From an uncultured Myxococcales bacterium (GTDB lineage Bacteria; Myxococcota_A; UBA9042; CAIXZC01), in NCBI GenBank assembly GCA_903895725.1, contig CAITUV010000048.1, positions 8,474 to 72,473 of the forward strand: a stretch of 64,000 nucleotides of DNA. The letters are read 5' to 3'. The position numbers and the translations under genes were made by a program. The notes under the pieces are model-generated. The model was given only the letters and a program-made list of their open reading frames with translations. It did no database searches and was not told the DNA's origin. Positions 1 to 8,615 of this stretch are shown here, one piece after another; position 1 is the stretch's first letter; each line of letters opens with the position of its first letter.

Positions 1-3000
1 AGCAACGACGCTGCCAGACACGATGCCTCCACTGACAGGGAGTGGGCCGATGCCGAACTCGGGGATTCAGGCGGGGGGGATTCTGGGCCCGAGGATGCGG
101 GCCTCGCAGATTCCGGAGCAGGGGATTTCGCCTCTGAGGATCTGGGAATCGCTGATTCTGGCGTCGGGGATTTCGCCGCTGCGGATCCTGGCGTCCAGGA
201 TGAGGGTGGTGAGGACGTTGGCGTTGAGGATGCCGGCGTTGAGGATGCAGGGGTTGGGGATGCAGGGGGTGAGGATGCAGGGGTGGAGGACAGTGCGGTT
301 GAGGATGCAGGGGTTGAGGATGTGGCTCCCCCCCCGCCCGACCCGAACGTGCACGCGGCCCCGACTGGAGCAGGACAGGAGTGCTCTCTGGGCAATCCCT
401 GTGCACTGCTGAACGCCCGGGATCGGGCCCGGATGCTTCGGCAGTCGGGCGTGTCCGGCATCGTGGTGTGGCTCCATGGGGGGCGGTATGTCCTGGCGGC
501 ACCGTTGGAGCTGGGCGAGGAGGATTCTGGGTCTGCCGGCGAGCCGGCCCGTTTCGAAGCGTGGCCTGGAGACCCGGCAGGCATCCCCATCCTGTCCGGC
601 GGAACAAAGATTTCGGGGTGGAAGCTGGACGATCCGGGCAAGGGGCTCTGGCGGGCCAGCGTGCCGGCAGGGCTGAACACTCGCCAGCTCTTCGTGAACG
701 GAGTCCGTGCCGTGAGGGCCAGGGGCATGGAAGGTGCCGGGTTCACCGAGACTCCGACCGGCTACACCGGGGCGGCCGGTATGGCCGGCTGGCACAATCT
801 TTCCGACATTGAGATGGTCCACCTTAATTACTGGAAGTCATTCCGCTGTCCCATTGCATCGATTCAGGGCAACGACATCACGATGGCGCAGCCGTGCTGG
901 AGTTGCGCCCAGTTCCACCAGGGCTTCGACATGGGAGTGCCCTCCTGGGTGGAGAACGCATTCGAGCTGCTGGATACCGCCGGGGAGTGGTACCTGGACC
1001 GGTCGGAATCGGCCCTCTACTACCTGCCGAGGCCGGGAGAGAACCTGTCCACGGCGGATGTCGTGGTCCCGTTGCTCGAGCGGCTCGTGCACATTTCGGG
1101 TGGAGGTGGGAAGGCGCACCACATCAGGCTGCGCGGCATCGGATTCGCGCACACGACGTGGTTGCGCCCCGGCACGCCGGACGGCTACGCTGCGCTCCAG
1201 GCCGGCTACTTCCTGACCGCTCCCTCGTGGGGGGCGCTCGACCGGATTCCGGGGGCCGTGGTCGTCGAGAACGCAGACGACGTGGAGATCCTCGACTCGA
1301 CTTTCACCCGCCTGGGCACCACGGGGATCGAGGCCCGCCAGGCGTGCCACCGCATGCGGGTCGAGGGAAACCGGTTCGAAGACCTTTCGGGCGGTGCAGT
1401 CTATGTGGGCACCGTAGACCTCTCAAAGCTGCCGGATGATGCCAGCGCCTGCGTGGACACGGTCGTGCGAAACAACCAGGTCGCTTACACCGGCGTCGAA
1501 TTCCACGACAACGTGGGGCTCTTTGCCGGGTACACCGTGCGAACCCTCTTCGAGCACAATCGGCTGCACCACCTGCCGTATTCCGCCATGTCCGTTGGAT
1601 GGGGCTGGAGCACGAACCCCACGCTGGCCCGGGAGAACAAGGTCCGAGCCAACCAGGTCTCCTTCCCCATGCGACGCCTGGCGGACGGCGGCTGCATCTA
1701 CACCCTGTCCCGCCAGCCGGACTCGAGGATCGAGGCCAACTGGTTCCACGGCCAGGTGCACGACTTCGGTGCCGTCTACCTGGACCAGGGCACCATGGGG
1801 TACACGGTCTTTGACAACGTGGTTGCCTCGGCTCCCTACTGGTACCTGCTTCAGCCCGTGGTCCCCCCGCAGGCCCAGGAGAACACGGTCCAGCACAACG
1901 TGGCCGACAACAGCTCCTCCTACTGCTGTGGCGGCCTCGGCTGCTGCACGCAATGGAACACCGTCAATGACAACGAAGTGGTTGCCCCCGGTGCCTGGCC
2001 GGGATGGGCACGGCTCGTGATGGGCGATGCAGGGCTCGAGCCGGCATTTCGCTCCCTCGCCGGGAAGTCCGTCCGCGTCGAGGCGGAAGACTACGATCAC
2101 GGCGGAGAGGGAGTGGGGTACCACGACCTGACGGCCGGAAACGCGGGCGGTGCGCAACGGTACGACGCTGTGGATGTGTACCCGTCGCCATTCCGGTCGG
2201 GCGGATTCGTGGTTGGCTACACGCAGACGGGGGAGTGGCTGGCCTACGAGGTCGACGTTCCGTTTGCCGGCTGGTACGACCTTGCCTTCGAGGTGGGCAC
2301 GCAGTCTGCGGACTGTGCGATCACGGTCACGGTGGACGGGGGAGTGGCCGGCTCAGTCGCCTTGCCGAACACGGGGAGCTGGAATTCCTTCCAGACCGCG
2401 GTGCTCCAGGATGTTCCGCTCAACGCTGGCCCGCACCGGGTCGTCCTCTCGTTCCAGGGGGCGTTCAACATCGACGTGTTCACGCTGGGGCAGGTCGACC
2501 AGGGATGTGCAGTGCCGGGAACGCCGCCGGCACAAAACGTCCAGGGCGATTTCGACGGCGACGGGGCCCAGGATCTGCTCGGCGTCCAGCCCGGCTCGCT
2601 GTGCTGGGAGGTGAGCCTGGCGGGCAAGACCCCGAGCCCGTGGCTGCTGGGATGGGGAACCGCCACCGTGCTGGTCCCTGGCGACTTCTCGGGTGACGGG
2701 CGATCCGACGTGGTCCTGATCCTCCAGCAGTCGTTGACCTGGCACCTTGCCGTGTCCCAGGGGGGAGGGTTCATTCCCTTCTCGGATGCGTTGAAAGGGT
2801 GGGGGGGCGGTGCGGTCCACCTGGCCGCGGACGTGGATGGAGACGGAGACGACGATCTCGTGCTCGTGTGGAAGGACGGAGCTACCTGGCGCTGGCACGT
2901 GGCGCGCTCCGAGCGCACGCTGTTCACGCCGTATGCCGACGTGCTGAAGGGGGTGGCACCGGGGGACGCCGTGAACATCTGCGACCGGGACGCCGACGGA

Positions 3001-3102
3001 GCCGAGGAGATCGAGATGAAGACCGGCGGACAGTGGACCTGTGTGTCCCTCGATGCCGGTGCCTGGAAGCTGATCACGGAGCCCTGCTCACCGGTCTGCT
3101 GA
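1..3102 (+). CDS. Secreted carbohydrate-active-like protein (5' partial). It has an acidic pentapeptide-repeat linker, a right-handed beta-helix (pectin-lyase-like), a CBM6-like carbohydrate-binding module, and three FG-GAP/VCBS-like (GDFDGDG) repeats.
   Basis: Frame 1 is open from nt 1 through the track ORF 283..3102. The (D-x-G-x-E) repeats continue across the ATG at 283, so the true start lies upstream of the window. Motifs seen: 'NNQVAYTGVEFHDN...NRLHHLPYSAMSVGWGW' (beta-helix); 'VRVEAEDYDHGGEGVGYHD...GEWLAYEVDV...GWYDLAFEV' (CBM6-like); 'GDFDGDGAQDLLGV', 'GDFSGDGRSDVV', 'ADVDGDGDDDLVLV' (FG-GAP). GC3-rich codon usage. Confidence 0.8.
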   Translation, partial: SNDAARHDASTDREWADAELGDSGGGDSGPEDAGLADSGAGDFASEDLGIADSGVGDFAAADPGVQDEGGEDVGVEDAGVEDAGVGDAGGEDAGVEDSAVEDAGVEDVAPPPPDPNVHAAPTGAGQECSLGNPCALLNARDRARMLRQSGVSGIVVWLHGGRYVLAAPLELGEEDSGSAGEPARFEAWPGDPAGIPILSGGTKISGWKLDDPGKGLWRASVPAGLNTRQLFVNGVRAVRARGMEGAGFTETPTGYTGAAGMAGWHNLSDIEMVHLNYWKSFRCPIASIQGNDITMAQPCWSCAQFHQGFDMGVPSWVENAFELLDTAGEWYLDRSESALYYLPRPGENLSTADVVVPLLERLVHISGGGGKAHHIRLRGIGFAHTTWLRPGTPDGYAALQAGYFLTAPSWGALDRIPGAVVVENADDVEILDSTFTRLGTTGIEARQACHRMRVEGNRFEDLSGGAVYVGTVDLSKLPDDASACVDTVVRNNQVAYTGVEFHDNVGLFAGYTVRTLFEHNRLHHLPYSAMSVGWGWSTNPTLARENKVRANQVSFPMRRLADGGCIYTLSRQPDSRIEANWFHGQVHDFGAVYLDQGTMGYTVFDNVVASAPYWYLLQPVVPPQAQENTVQHNVADNSSSYCCGGLGCCTQWNTVNDNEVVAPGAWPGWARLVMGDAGLEPAFRSLAGKSVRVEAEDYDHGGEGVGYHDLTAGNAGGAQRYDAVDVYPSPFRSGGFVVGYTQTGEWLAYEVDVPFAGWYDLAFEVGTQSADCAITVTVDGGVAGSVALPNTGSWNSFQTAVLQDVPLNAGPHRVVLSFQGAFNIDVFTLGQVDQGCAVPGTPPAQNVQGDFDGDGAQDLLGVQPGSLCWEVSLAGKTPSPWLLGWGTATVLVPGDFSGDGRSDVVLILQQSLTWHLAVSQGGGFIPFSDALKGWGGGAVHLAADVDGDGDDDLVLVWKDGATWRWHVARSERTLFTPYADVLKGVAPGDAVNICDRDADGAEEIEMKTGGQWTCVSLDAGAWKLITEPCSPVC
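52..330 (+). repeat. Imperfect 15-bp tandem repeat, about 18 units, encoding an X-D-x-G-x pentapeptide acidic linker (e.g. GEDAGV) inside CDS 1..3102.
   Basis: Read directly: gttgaggatgcaggg / gttggggatgcaggg / ggtgaggatgcaggg and similar units. All Asp codons are GAT, against the general GAC preference, which suggests recent unit expansion. Confidence 0.7.
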
Positions 3103-3121
3103 CGTCGCAACGTAGCGGCCG

Positions 3122-3193
3122 GGGCAGGTGCTCCCTGCCCTCGAGCCCGGGCCGGTCCCAATGCCTCTGCGGCGGGGCAGGTGCTCCCCGCCG
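3122..3193 (+). terminator. Two tandem GC-rich hairpins with the same loop motif (GGGCAGG-tgctc-CCTGCCC at 3122-3140; CGGCGGGG-caggtgct-CCCCGCCG at 3170-3193), downstream of the stop at 3102. Candidate terminators or a REP-like element.
   Basis: Perfect 7-bp and 8-bp stems read from the sequence. There is no U-tract, as is common in high-GC genomes. Confidence 0.3.
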
Positions 3194-3245
3194 GCGGAGC
3201 CGGGCGGACATCCAGCGGTCACGCACGCGGCCGCACACTGTGCCC

Positions 3246-3275
3246 TTGCGCGCGACTATGAAAAACGCGTAGACT
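3246..3275 (+). promoter_or_regulatory. Candidate sigma70-like promoter (TTGCGC - 18 nt - TAGACT) in a locally AT-rich island upstream of the giant lipoprotein gene at 3335.
   Basis: -35 is 3/6 and -10 is 4/6 to consensus. AT-rich 'ctatgaaaaacgcgtagactcat' in an otherwise >68% GC context, 60 nt upstream of the start codon. Confidence 0.2.
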
Positions 3276-3334
3276 CATCCACCAGGTGACTCCGGCCGGG
3301 AACGCTGAGAGCCGCCGGGAATGGAGAATCCGAC

Positions 3335-6300
3335 ATGAAGACGGTACGTGCAGCGCTTGCGCTCATCCTGCCTCTCGTGCTCGTGGCAGCCTGCTCGAGC
3401 AAAGGGGATCCCAAGGCCAAATTCAAGATCGTGTGTGAGCAGAACGGCCTGTGCGAGTGCGTTGAGAATGCCCAGTGTGCGGAGGGGGAGATCTGCTTCA
3501 ACGGGCACTGCGTGCCCTTGCCGGAGGTCACGCAGGACGTCGAGGGAACGGATCTGGGGCGCGTCGACGCAGAATCGGATGGCGGCCTGAAGCCGGGGGC
3601 GTTCAAGTCGCCGTGTGCCACGAACGAGGAATGCGATTCGGGCATCTGCATCGAGATCGCACCGGGGGTCCTCGTCTGCACGCAGCCGTGCGTGGACGAC
3701 TGCCCGGACGGCTGGGAATGCCGAGGGACGAGCCAGGACGACAACGTGGTCCAGTTCTACTGTCTGCCGAAGCAGGACCGGCTGTGTCAGCCGTGCAAGA
3801 CCGACGTGAGCTGCACGGGCACCAAGAACCTCTGCATCGAGATCGGTGGGCTGAACAACTGCGGTCGCGACTGCGCCGAAGTGGCGTGTCCCAACGGCTA
3901 TGTCTGCCAGGACGTGGTGAGCGTCGAGGGGGTCGAAGGCAAGCAGTGCGTGCCGGCAAACGGCCAGTGCCAGTGCACTCCGGAGACGGTGGGGAAGCAG
4001 TTCCAATGCGAGGTGGAGAACGAGCACGGAAGCTGCCCCGGGCTTCAGGTATGTCAGGAGGACGGGTCCCTGACCCCCTGCGATGGCGCCACGGCGGAAC
4101 CCGAGACATGTGATGGCGAGGACAACGACTGCGATGGGTTCGTGGACGAGGGGATCGAGCCCGTGGCGTGCTCCAAGGAGAACGAGAATGGTACGTGCAT
4201 GGGCTCGCAGGTCTGCCTTCCCGGACTGGGGGAAACATGCAAGGCGGCGGAGCCTTCCCCGGACATCTGCGACACGCTGGACAACGACTGTGACGGCAGC
4301 ACCGACGAGGATTTCCGAGACGAGCAGGGAAAGTACTTCCAGACGGAGAACTGCGGAAGCTGCGGCGTCAACTGCAACGGCATGTTCGCCCATGCCGTCG
4401 AGATCAAGTGCTCGATGGAATCGGAGCTGCCGGTCTGTGCAATCGCGAAGTGCGAACCGGGGTATCTCCTCGTGAGCGACACGCTCTGTCTGCCGGCAAT
4501 CCATCACCTCTGCGAGCCGTGCGTGGGCGACTCGGCCTGCGTCGGGCCGGCGGACAAGTGCATGGCCATGAGCCCCGTGGACACGCAGACGTTCTGCGGT
4601 CGGGATTGCTCTGCCGACAACCAGTACGGAGCCGGTTGTCCGGAAGGGTACTCGTGCAAGAAGGTCGAATCGGGCGGTGAGGAATTCGAGCAGTGCGTTC
4701 CGCTCAACGGAACGTGCGATTGCTCGGAGCTCAACGCCGGGCTGGCAAAGCCCTGCAACGTCGTGAACCAGAATGGAACCTGCTTCGGCGTGGCGGTCTG
4801 CGACGCGGCGCTGGGATGGACCGGCTGCACGGCACTGACGCCTCAGGCCGAGGAGTGTGATGGCAAGGACAACGACTGCGATGGCGTGATCGACGAGGAG
4901 CTCAGCGGGAACCCATGCGTGGTCACCAACGAGCTCGGCACGTGCAGTGGAACCGAGGTGTGCGGGGGAGCGCAGGGGCTGATGTGCTCGGCACCCTCTC
5001 CCCAGCTGGACGTATGCGACGGCAAGGACAACGACTGTGACGGAGCGATCGACGAGGATTTCGCCACCAACGTCGTGGACGATGCCGGCGATCTCGTGGC
5101 CCTGGTCTACGACCTGTCGAACGAGCATTGCGGCGCGTGCGGGATTCCGTGTCTGGCCGTGCCGCCGGCGGCCAAGGCCGAATGCTCGGCCGACGGTCTC
5201 GATGCACTCTGCATGGTGGTGGAGTGCCAGGAGGGCTACTATCCGTCGAGTGCCAACAGCTGCCTCCACATCCCGGCATCCAACCTCTGTCTTCCCTGCC
5301 AGCAGGACACGGACTGCCTTGGTCCGAACGACCATTGCCTCTCCTACCCGGAGGGTACGTTCTGCGGCAGGGACTGCTCGGTCGGCAGCATCTATGGCGA
5401 TGCGGACGGTCCCTGCTCCGGAGAGGAAGGGGTCCAGGGATGCTGCCCTGCGGGATACCTCTGCACGGCCGGTCAGTGCCTGCGCGAGTCGCTGTCGTGC
5501 GACTGTAGCGCGGACGGCAAGGTGAAGCTGTGCGACAATGCCAATGCGGAGGGCACGTGCATCGGCGTCAGGACCTGCGTGGTCTCGGGGCCCGATGCGG
5601 GATGGCAGCCGTGCAGCGCCGCCACGCCCCAGCCCGAGGTTTGCGACGGCAAGGACAACGACTGTGATGGGCTCTTCGACATGATCGACCCATCGATCGA
5701 CGTGGCCGGTCTTGCCGGCTACCCCGACTGCTTCAATGTGAGCGAGGCCTGTCCGGGCAAGTGGACCTGCCTCCAGGCGGGCGGGAAGTTCGAGTGGGTC
5801 TGCTCCGCCCCGGAGCCTTCCAATGAGCTCTGCAACGGGCTGGACGATGACTGCGACGGTGCGGTGGACGAAGATTTCAAGGACGAAGCCGGTGTGTTCT
5901 CCCTGCTCGGCCATTGCGGACAATGCGGCCTGGATTGCGCCTCGGCCGTCGCCCACCTGGCCAAGGGGCAGGACGGGAGCGTGCTGCCCGGAGCCGTGAC
6001 GTGCACCGCCATCGGCGGTCAACAGGGCTGCCGGCCCAAGGCCTGTGAGCCCGGGTATTACCTGTTCCCGACGCCGGAAGCGGCAACGGTCTGCTTCCAG
6101 TTGGAGGCGGCCAGCTGCCAGCCATGCGCCCAGGCGACCGATTGCCCGGGGGCCGGCCATGCCTGTGCTTCGGTCGGAGAGGATGCCGGGGCCTATTGCC
6201 TGCAGCGGTGCGATGCCGGATCCCCCTTCCCTGGGTGTACCGGCGAGGAGGGGAAGCAGGGCTGCTGCCCGGCCGGGTTCCTTTGCAGCGAGGTCGGCGG

Positions 6301-8614
6301 CATGCCTCAAGGCCAGGCCTACTGCCTGCCGGTGAGCGGTACCTGCCAGTGCAACGGGCCGAACGTGGGGTTGCAGCGTCCCTGCACGGTGAGCGCGGAT
6401 GGTGGCCTGACTACGTGCTTCGGTATTGCCGAGTGTGCGGACAAGGGAGGAGGCGACATCTCCTGGGGACCTTGTGACACGTCCGCCAACGTCGAGGTTT
6501 GCGACGGCAAGGACAACGACTGCGACGGCGTGGCTGATGACGGCTTCAAGGTCAACGGAAAGTATGCCGGCGACGGCAATTGCGGGCAGTGCGGCAAGAA
6601 CTGCGCTCTGAAATGGAGCGCGCAGAAGCAGCATGCCACTGGCAAGTGCGATGCGATGCTGCCCGGCGGACCGGACTGCGTCCTCGGCTCCTGCACCTTC
6701 GACCTGGTCGGCGGCGGGAAGCTCTGTCTCTCGGATGCCGACTGCGTGGGAGACACGGCGGGTCCGACCTGTCTACCCCAGCTTTTCCAGTGCGGCCGCA
6801 CGTGCACCGGCGATGCCGAATGTGCCGGAGGGGCCTGCATCGGGGGCTGGTGCAGCCCCGCATGCGTGAACACTGCCGCCTGCCAGGCGAAGTTCGGAGC
6901 GTGGTCCTTCTGCCAGCAGGGGCATTGCGTGACCAAGCACCAGTATTTCGACCTGGACGGCTGGACCGGGAACGGTTGCGAATGCCCCGCCATGGCCGGC
7001 CTGACTCTGGATGAGCCGGAGGTGATGCTTACCTATCCCCTCCCGGGTGACAGCTACGTGGACCGGAACTGCGATGGGGTGGACGGGGATGTGGCAACGG
7101 CCCTGTTCGTGGCCGAGGGGGGAGCCGGAGACGGAAGCCGATGGGCTCCGTTCGGCAGCATCCAGAAGGCCATCGACGCGTTCAAGGTCGGCGTTCACAG
7201 CCACATCCTGGTGGCTGCCGGGGCCTATGAAGAGCGGCTCGTTCTCAAGAACGGCGTGAAGATTTTCGGGGGGTACAGCGACGACTTCTCCACTCGGGAC
7301 ATCGTGCTCCTGCCCACCGTGGTTACCGGCCCTGCACCGGATTTCGGCCAGGGTGCGGTCAAGCCGGGGACGGTGTATGCGTCGGCAATCACTCAGGAGA
7401 CGGTGGTGGCCGGGTTGACCATCCTTGGCTACGACGTGCCGCCTGGCGGGACCTCGTCAGGAATGGCCTCCTACGCAGTCTTCATCGAAGGGTCCTCCTC
7501 CGCTCTCCGGCTCCAGAACAACTGGCTGGTCGGAGGTCAGGGCGGTGCGGGAAAGCCGGGAGGCAGCGGACATTCCGGGACCCCCGGCGGGAGCGGTGCG
7601 GTCGGAGCGGCCTCGGCCGAGTGCCTCCCCGGTCCGCTGTGCACGGGGGCGTGCAACAACCTGACGTGCACGGGGTACCTGAAGGCCGGCGGGGCCGGAG
7701 GAACCAACACCGAATGTGCCGCCTCGGTCGGATGTGCAGGCATGGAAGCGGAAGGTGGGGAGAACCCGCAGGTGAAGGATGCGCCGGCACCGGGCTGTAC
7801 GTATGCATCGGGCGGCCAGCAGGCAACCTACGGGGGGGGGCCGGCGAACCTGTGCAAGTATGACTGCACGGTGAGCACGACCATGGTCGGTCCCGGCGGA
7901 GGCGACGGGACGAGCGGCGCCGGGGGGACCGGGGGAAGCGGATGCTCCAGCCCGTTCGGAACGGCGGCCGTTGGCCAGTGGCAGGCCGGGAGCGGGGCCG
8001 TGGGCACGGCGGGAGGGGCCGGGACCGGGGGACAAGGCGGATCGGCCGGCTCGACGGTCGTGAACACCAAGGCCGGGACCTGCACCGTGGGGAACTATGC
8101 CGGCGACCTCGGGGGAAGCGGTGGCGGAGGCGGGGCGGGTGGGTGCGGTGGCTCTGGCGGCCTCAACGGCCAGTCAGGCGGTGCCAGCATGGTGGTCTTC
8201 CTCGCATCCGGAGCCGCAGGGAGCTTCGCCAAGGTGACGGGCAACCTGGTCACTCGGGGGCTCGGTGGGGCCGGCGGCAGCGGCGGTAACGGCGGCAGCG
8301 GCGGAAAGGGTGGAAGCGGCGGCATCGGCGGCACTTCGGGCTGGCCGGCCTGGTGCGCGGGCACGGGCGGTACCGGTGGTCGCGGAGGCGACGGCGCTCC
8401 GGGAGGAGGAGGCGGAGGAGGGTGTGGCGGCCCCTCCATCGGAATCGCCGTCGTCGGCGGCAGCACGGCAGCCTACCTCGCGGAGAACTCGTTCACCCTG
8501 AGCGATTCCACGGCGACCGGCGGTCCCGCAGGCAGCGGCGGAATGAGCGCTGCCGACAATGGAGCGGGCAAGGCGGGAAGCCAGGGCGGAAGCCAGAACG
8601 TGAGGGGGTACTAG
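3335..8614 (+). CDS. Giant cysteine-rich lipoprotein (1759 aa). It has a lipoprotein signal, then four or so Cys-rich super-modules each ending in a CDGxDNDCDG-x-DE (MopE-like, putative metal-binding) motif, then a C-terminal DUF1565-like beta-helix and a poly-Gly (GGxGG) tail.
   Basis: N-terminus 'MKTVRAALALILPLVLVAACSS' (lipobox LVAAC), with an RBS 'GGAGAA' upstream. Repeated motifs 'ETCDGEDNDCDGFVDEG', 'EECDGKDNDCDGVIDEE', 'EVCDGKDNDCDGVADDGF'. 'NCDGVDGDVATALFVAEGGAGDGSRWAPFGSIQKAIDA...ILVAAGAYEERLVL' (beta-helix). C-terminal 'GGAGGSGGNGGSGGKGGSGGIGG...GGGGGGGCGGPSIGIAVVGG'. Strongly GC3-biased sense strand; the antisense ORF is Arg/Ala ghost sequence. Confidence 0.9.
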   Translation: MKTVRAALALILPLVLVAACSSKGDPKAKFKIVCEQNGLCECVENAQCAEGEICFNGHCVPLPEVTQDVEGTDLGRVDAESDGGLKPGAFKSPCATNEECDSGICIEIAPGVLVCTQPCVDDCPDGWECRGTSQDDNVVQFYCLPKQDRLCQPCKTDVSCTGTKNLCIEIGGLNNCGRDCAEVACPNGYVCQDVVSVEGVEGKQCVPANGQCQCTPETVGKQFQCEVENEHGSCPGLQVCQEDGSLTPCDGATAEPETCDGEDNDCDGFVDEGIEPVACSKENENGTCMGSQVCLPGLGETCKAAEPSPDICDTLDNDCDGSTDEDFRDEQGKYFQTENCGSCGVNCNGMFAHAVEIKCSMESELPVCAIAKCEPGYLLVSDTLCLPAIHHLCEPCVGDSACVGPADKCMAMSPVDTQTFCGRDCSADNQYGAGCPEGYSCKKVESGGEEFEQCVPLNGTCDCSELNAGLAKPCNVVNQNGTCFGVAVCDAALGWTGCTALTPQAEECDGKDNDCDGVIDEELSGNPCVVTNELGTCSGTEVCGGAQGLMCSAPSPQLDVCDGKDNDCDGAIDEDFATNVVDDAGDLVALVYDLSNEHCGACGIPCLAVPPAAKAECSADGLDALCMVVECQEGYYPSSANSCLHIPASNLCLPCQQDTDCLGPNDHCLSYPEGTFCGRDCSVGSIYGDADGPCSGEEGVQGCCPAGYLCTAGQCLRESLSCDCSADGKVKLCDNANAEGTCIGVRTCVVSGPDAGWQPCSAATPQPEVCDGKDNDCDGLFDMIDPSIDVAGLAGYPDCFNVSEACPGKWTCLQAGGKFEWVCSAPEPSNELCNGLDDDCDGAVDEDFKDEAGVFSLLGHCGQCGLDCASAVAHLAKGQDGSVLPGAVTCTAIGGQQGCRPKACEPGYYLFPTPEAATVCFQLEAASCQPCAQATDCPGAGHACASVGEDAGAYCLQRCDAGSPFPGCTGEEGKQGCCPAGFLCSEVGGMPQGQAYCLPVSGTCQCNGPNVGLQRPCTVSADGGLTTCFGIAECADKGGGDISWGPCDTSANVEVCDGKDNDCDGVADDGFKVNGKYAGDGNCGQCGKNCALKWSAQKQHATGKCDAMLPGGPDCVLGSCTFDLVGGGKLCLSDADCVGDTAGPTCLPQLFQCGRTCTGDAECAGGACIGGWCSPACVNTAACQAKFGAWSFCQQGHCVTKHQYFDLDGWTGNGCECPAMAGLTLDEPEVMLTYPLPGDSYVDRNCDGVDGDVATALFVAEGGAGDGSRWAPFGSIQKAIDAFKVGVHSHILVAAGAYEERLVLKNGVKIFGGYSDDFSTRDIVLLPTVVTGPAPDFGQGAVKPGTVYASAITQETVVAGLTILGYDVPPGGTSSGMASYAVFIEGSSSALRLQNNWLVGGQGGAGKPGGSGHSGTPGGSGAVGAASAECLPGPLCTGACNNLTCTGYLKAGGAGGTNTECAASVGCAGMEAEGGENPQVKDAPAPGCTYASGGQQATYGGGPANLCKYDCTVSTTMVGPGGGDGTSGAGGTGGSGCSSPFGTAAVGQWQAGSGAVGTAGGAGTGGQGGSAGSTVVNTKAGTCTVGNYAGDLGGSGGGGGAGGCGGSGGLNGQSGGASMVVFLASGAAGSFAKVTGNLVTRGLGGAGGSGGNGGSGGKGGSGGIGGTSGWPAWCAGTGGTGGRGGDGAPGGGGGGGCGGPSIGIAVVGGSTAAYLAENSFTLSDSTATGGPAGSGGMSAADNGAGKAGSQGGSQNVRGY

Positions 8615-8615
8615 A

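Noticed and set aside
23-822. ORFs 23..412(+) and 67..822(-) overlapping the 5' repeat region.
   Set aside because: All frames are open across the GC-rich 15-bp repeat. Only frame 1 continues into a recognisable protein.
3275-6634. Very long antisense ORFs opposite real genes. Examples: 3275..6634(-) 1119 aa, 9486..11243(-), 21154..23340(-), 29701..32268(-), 32024..33772(-), 35822..37066(-), 49485..52160(-), 52722..55922(-) 1066 aa, 57340..59523(-), 59916..61802(+), 62049..63593(+), 45839..46867(+).
   Set aside because: These are classic high-GC ghost ORFs. Translations are Arg/Ala/Gly-rich with mirrored repeat periodicity (e.g. 'IAVVVLAVA' opposite DNDCDG). They lack GC3 bias, signal peptides, RBSs and recognisable domains. 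The sense-strand genes have all of these.
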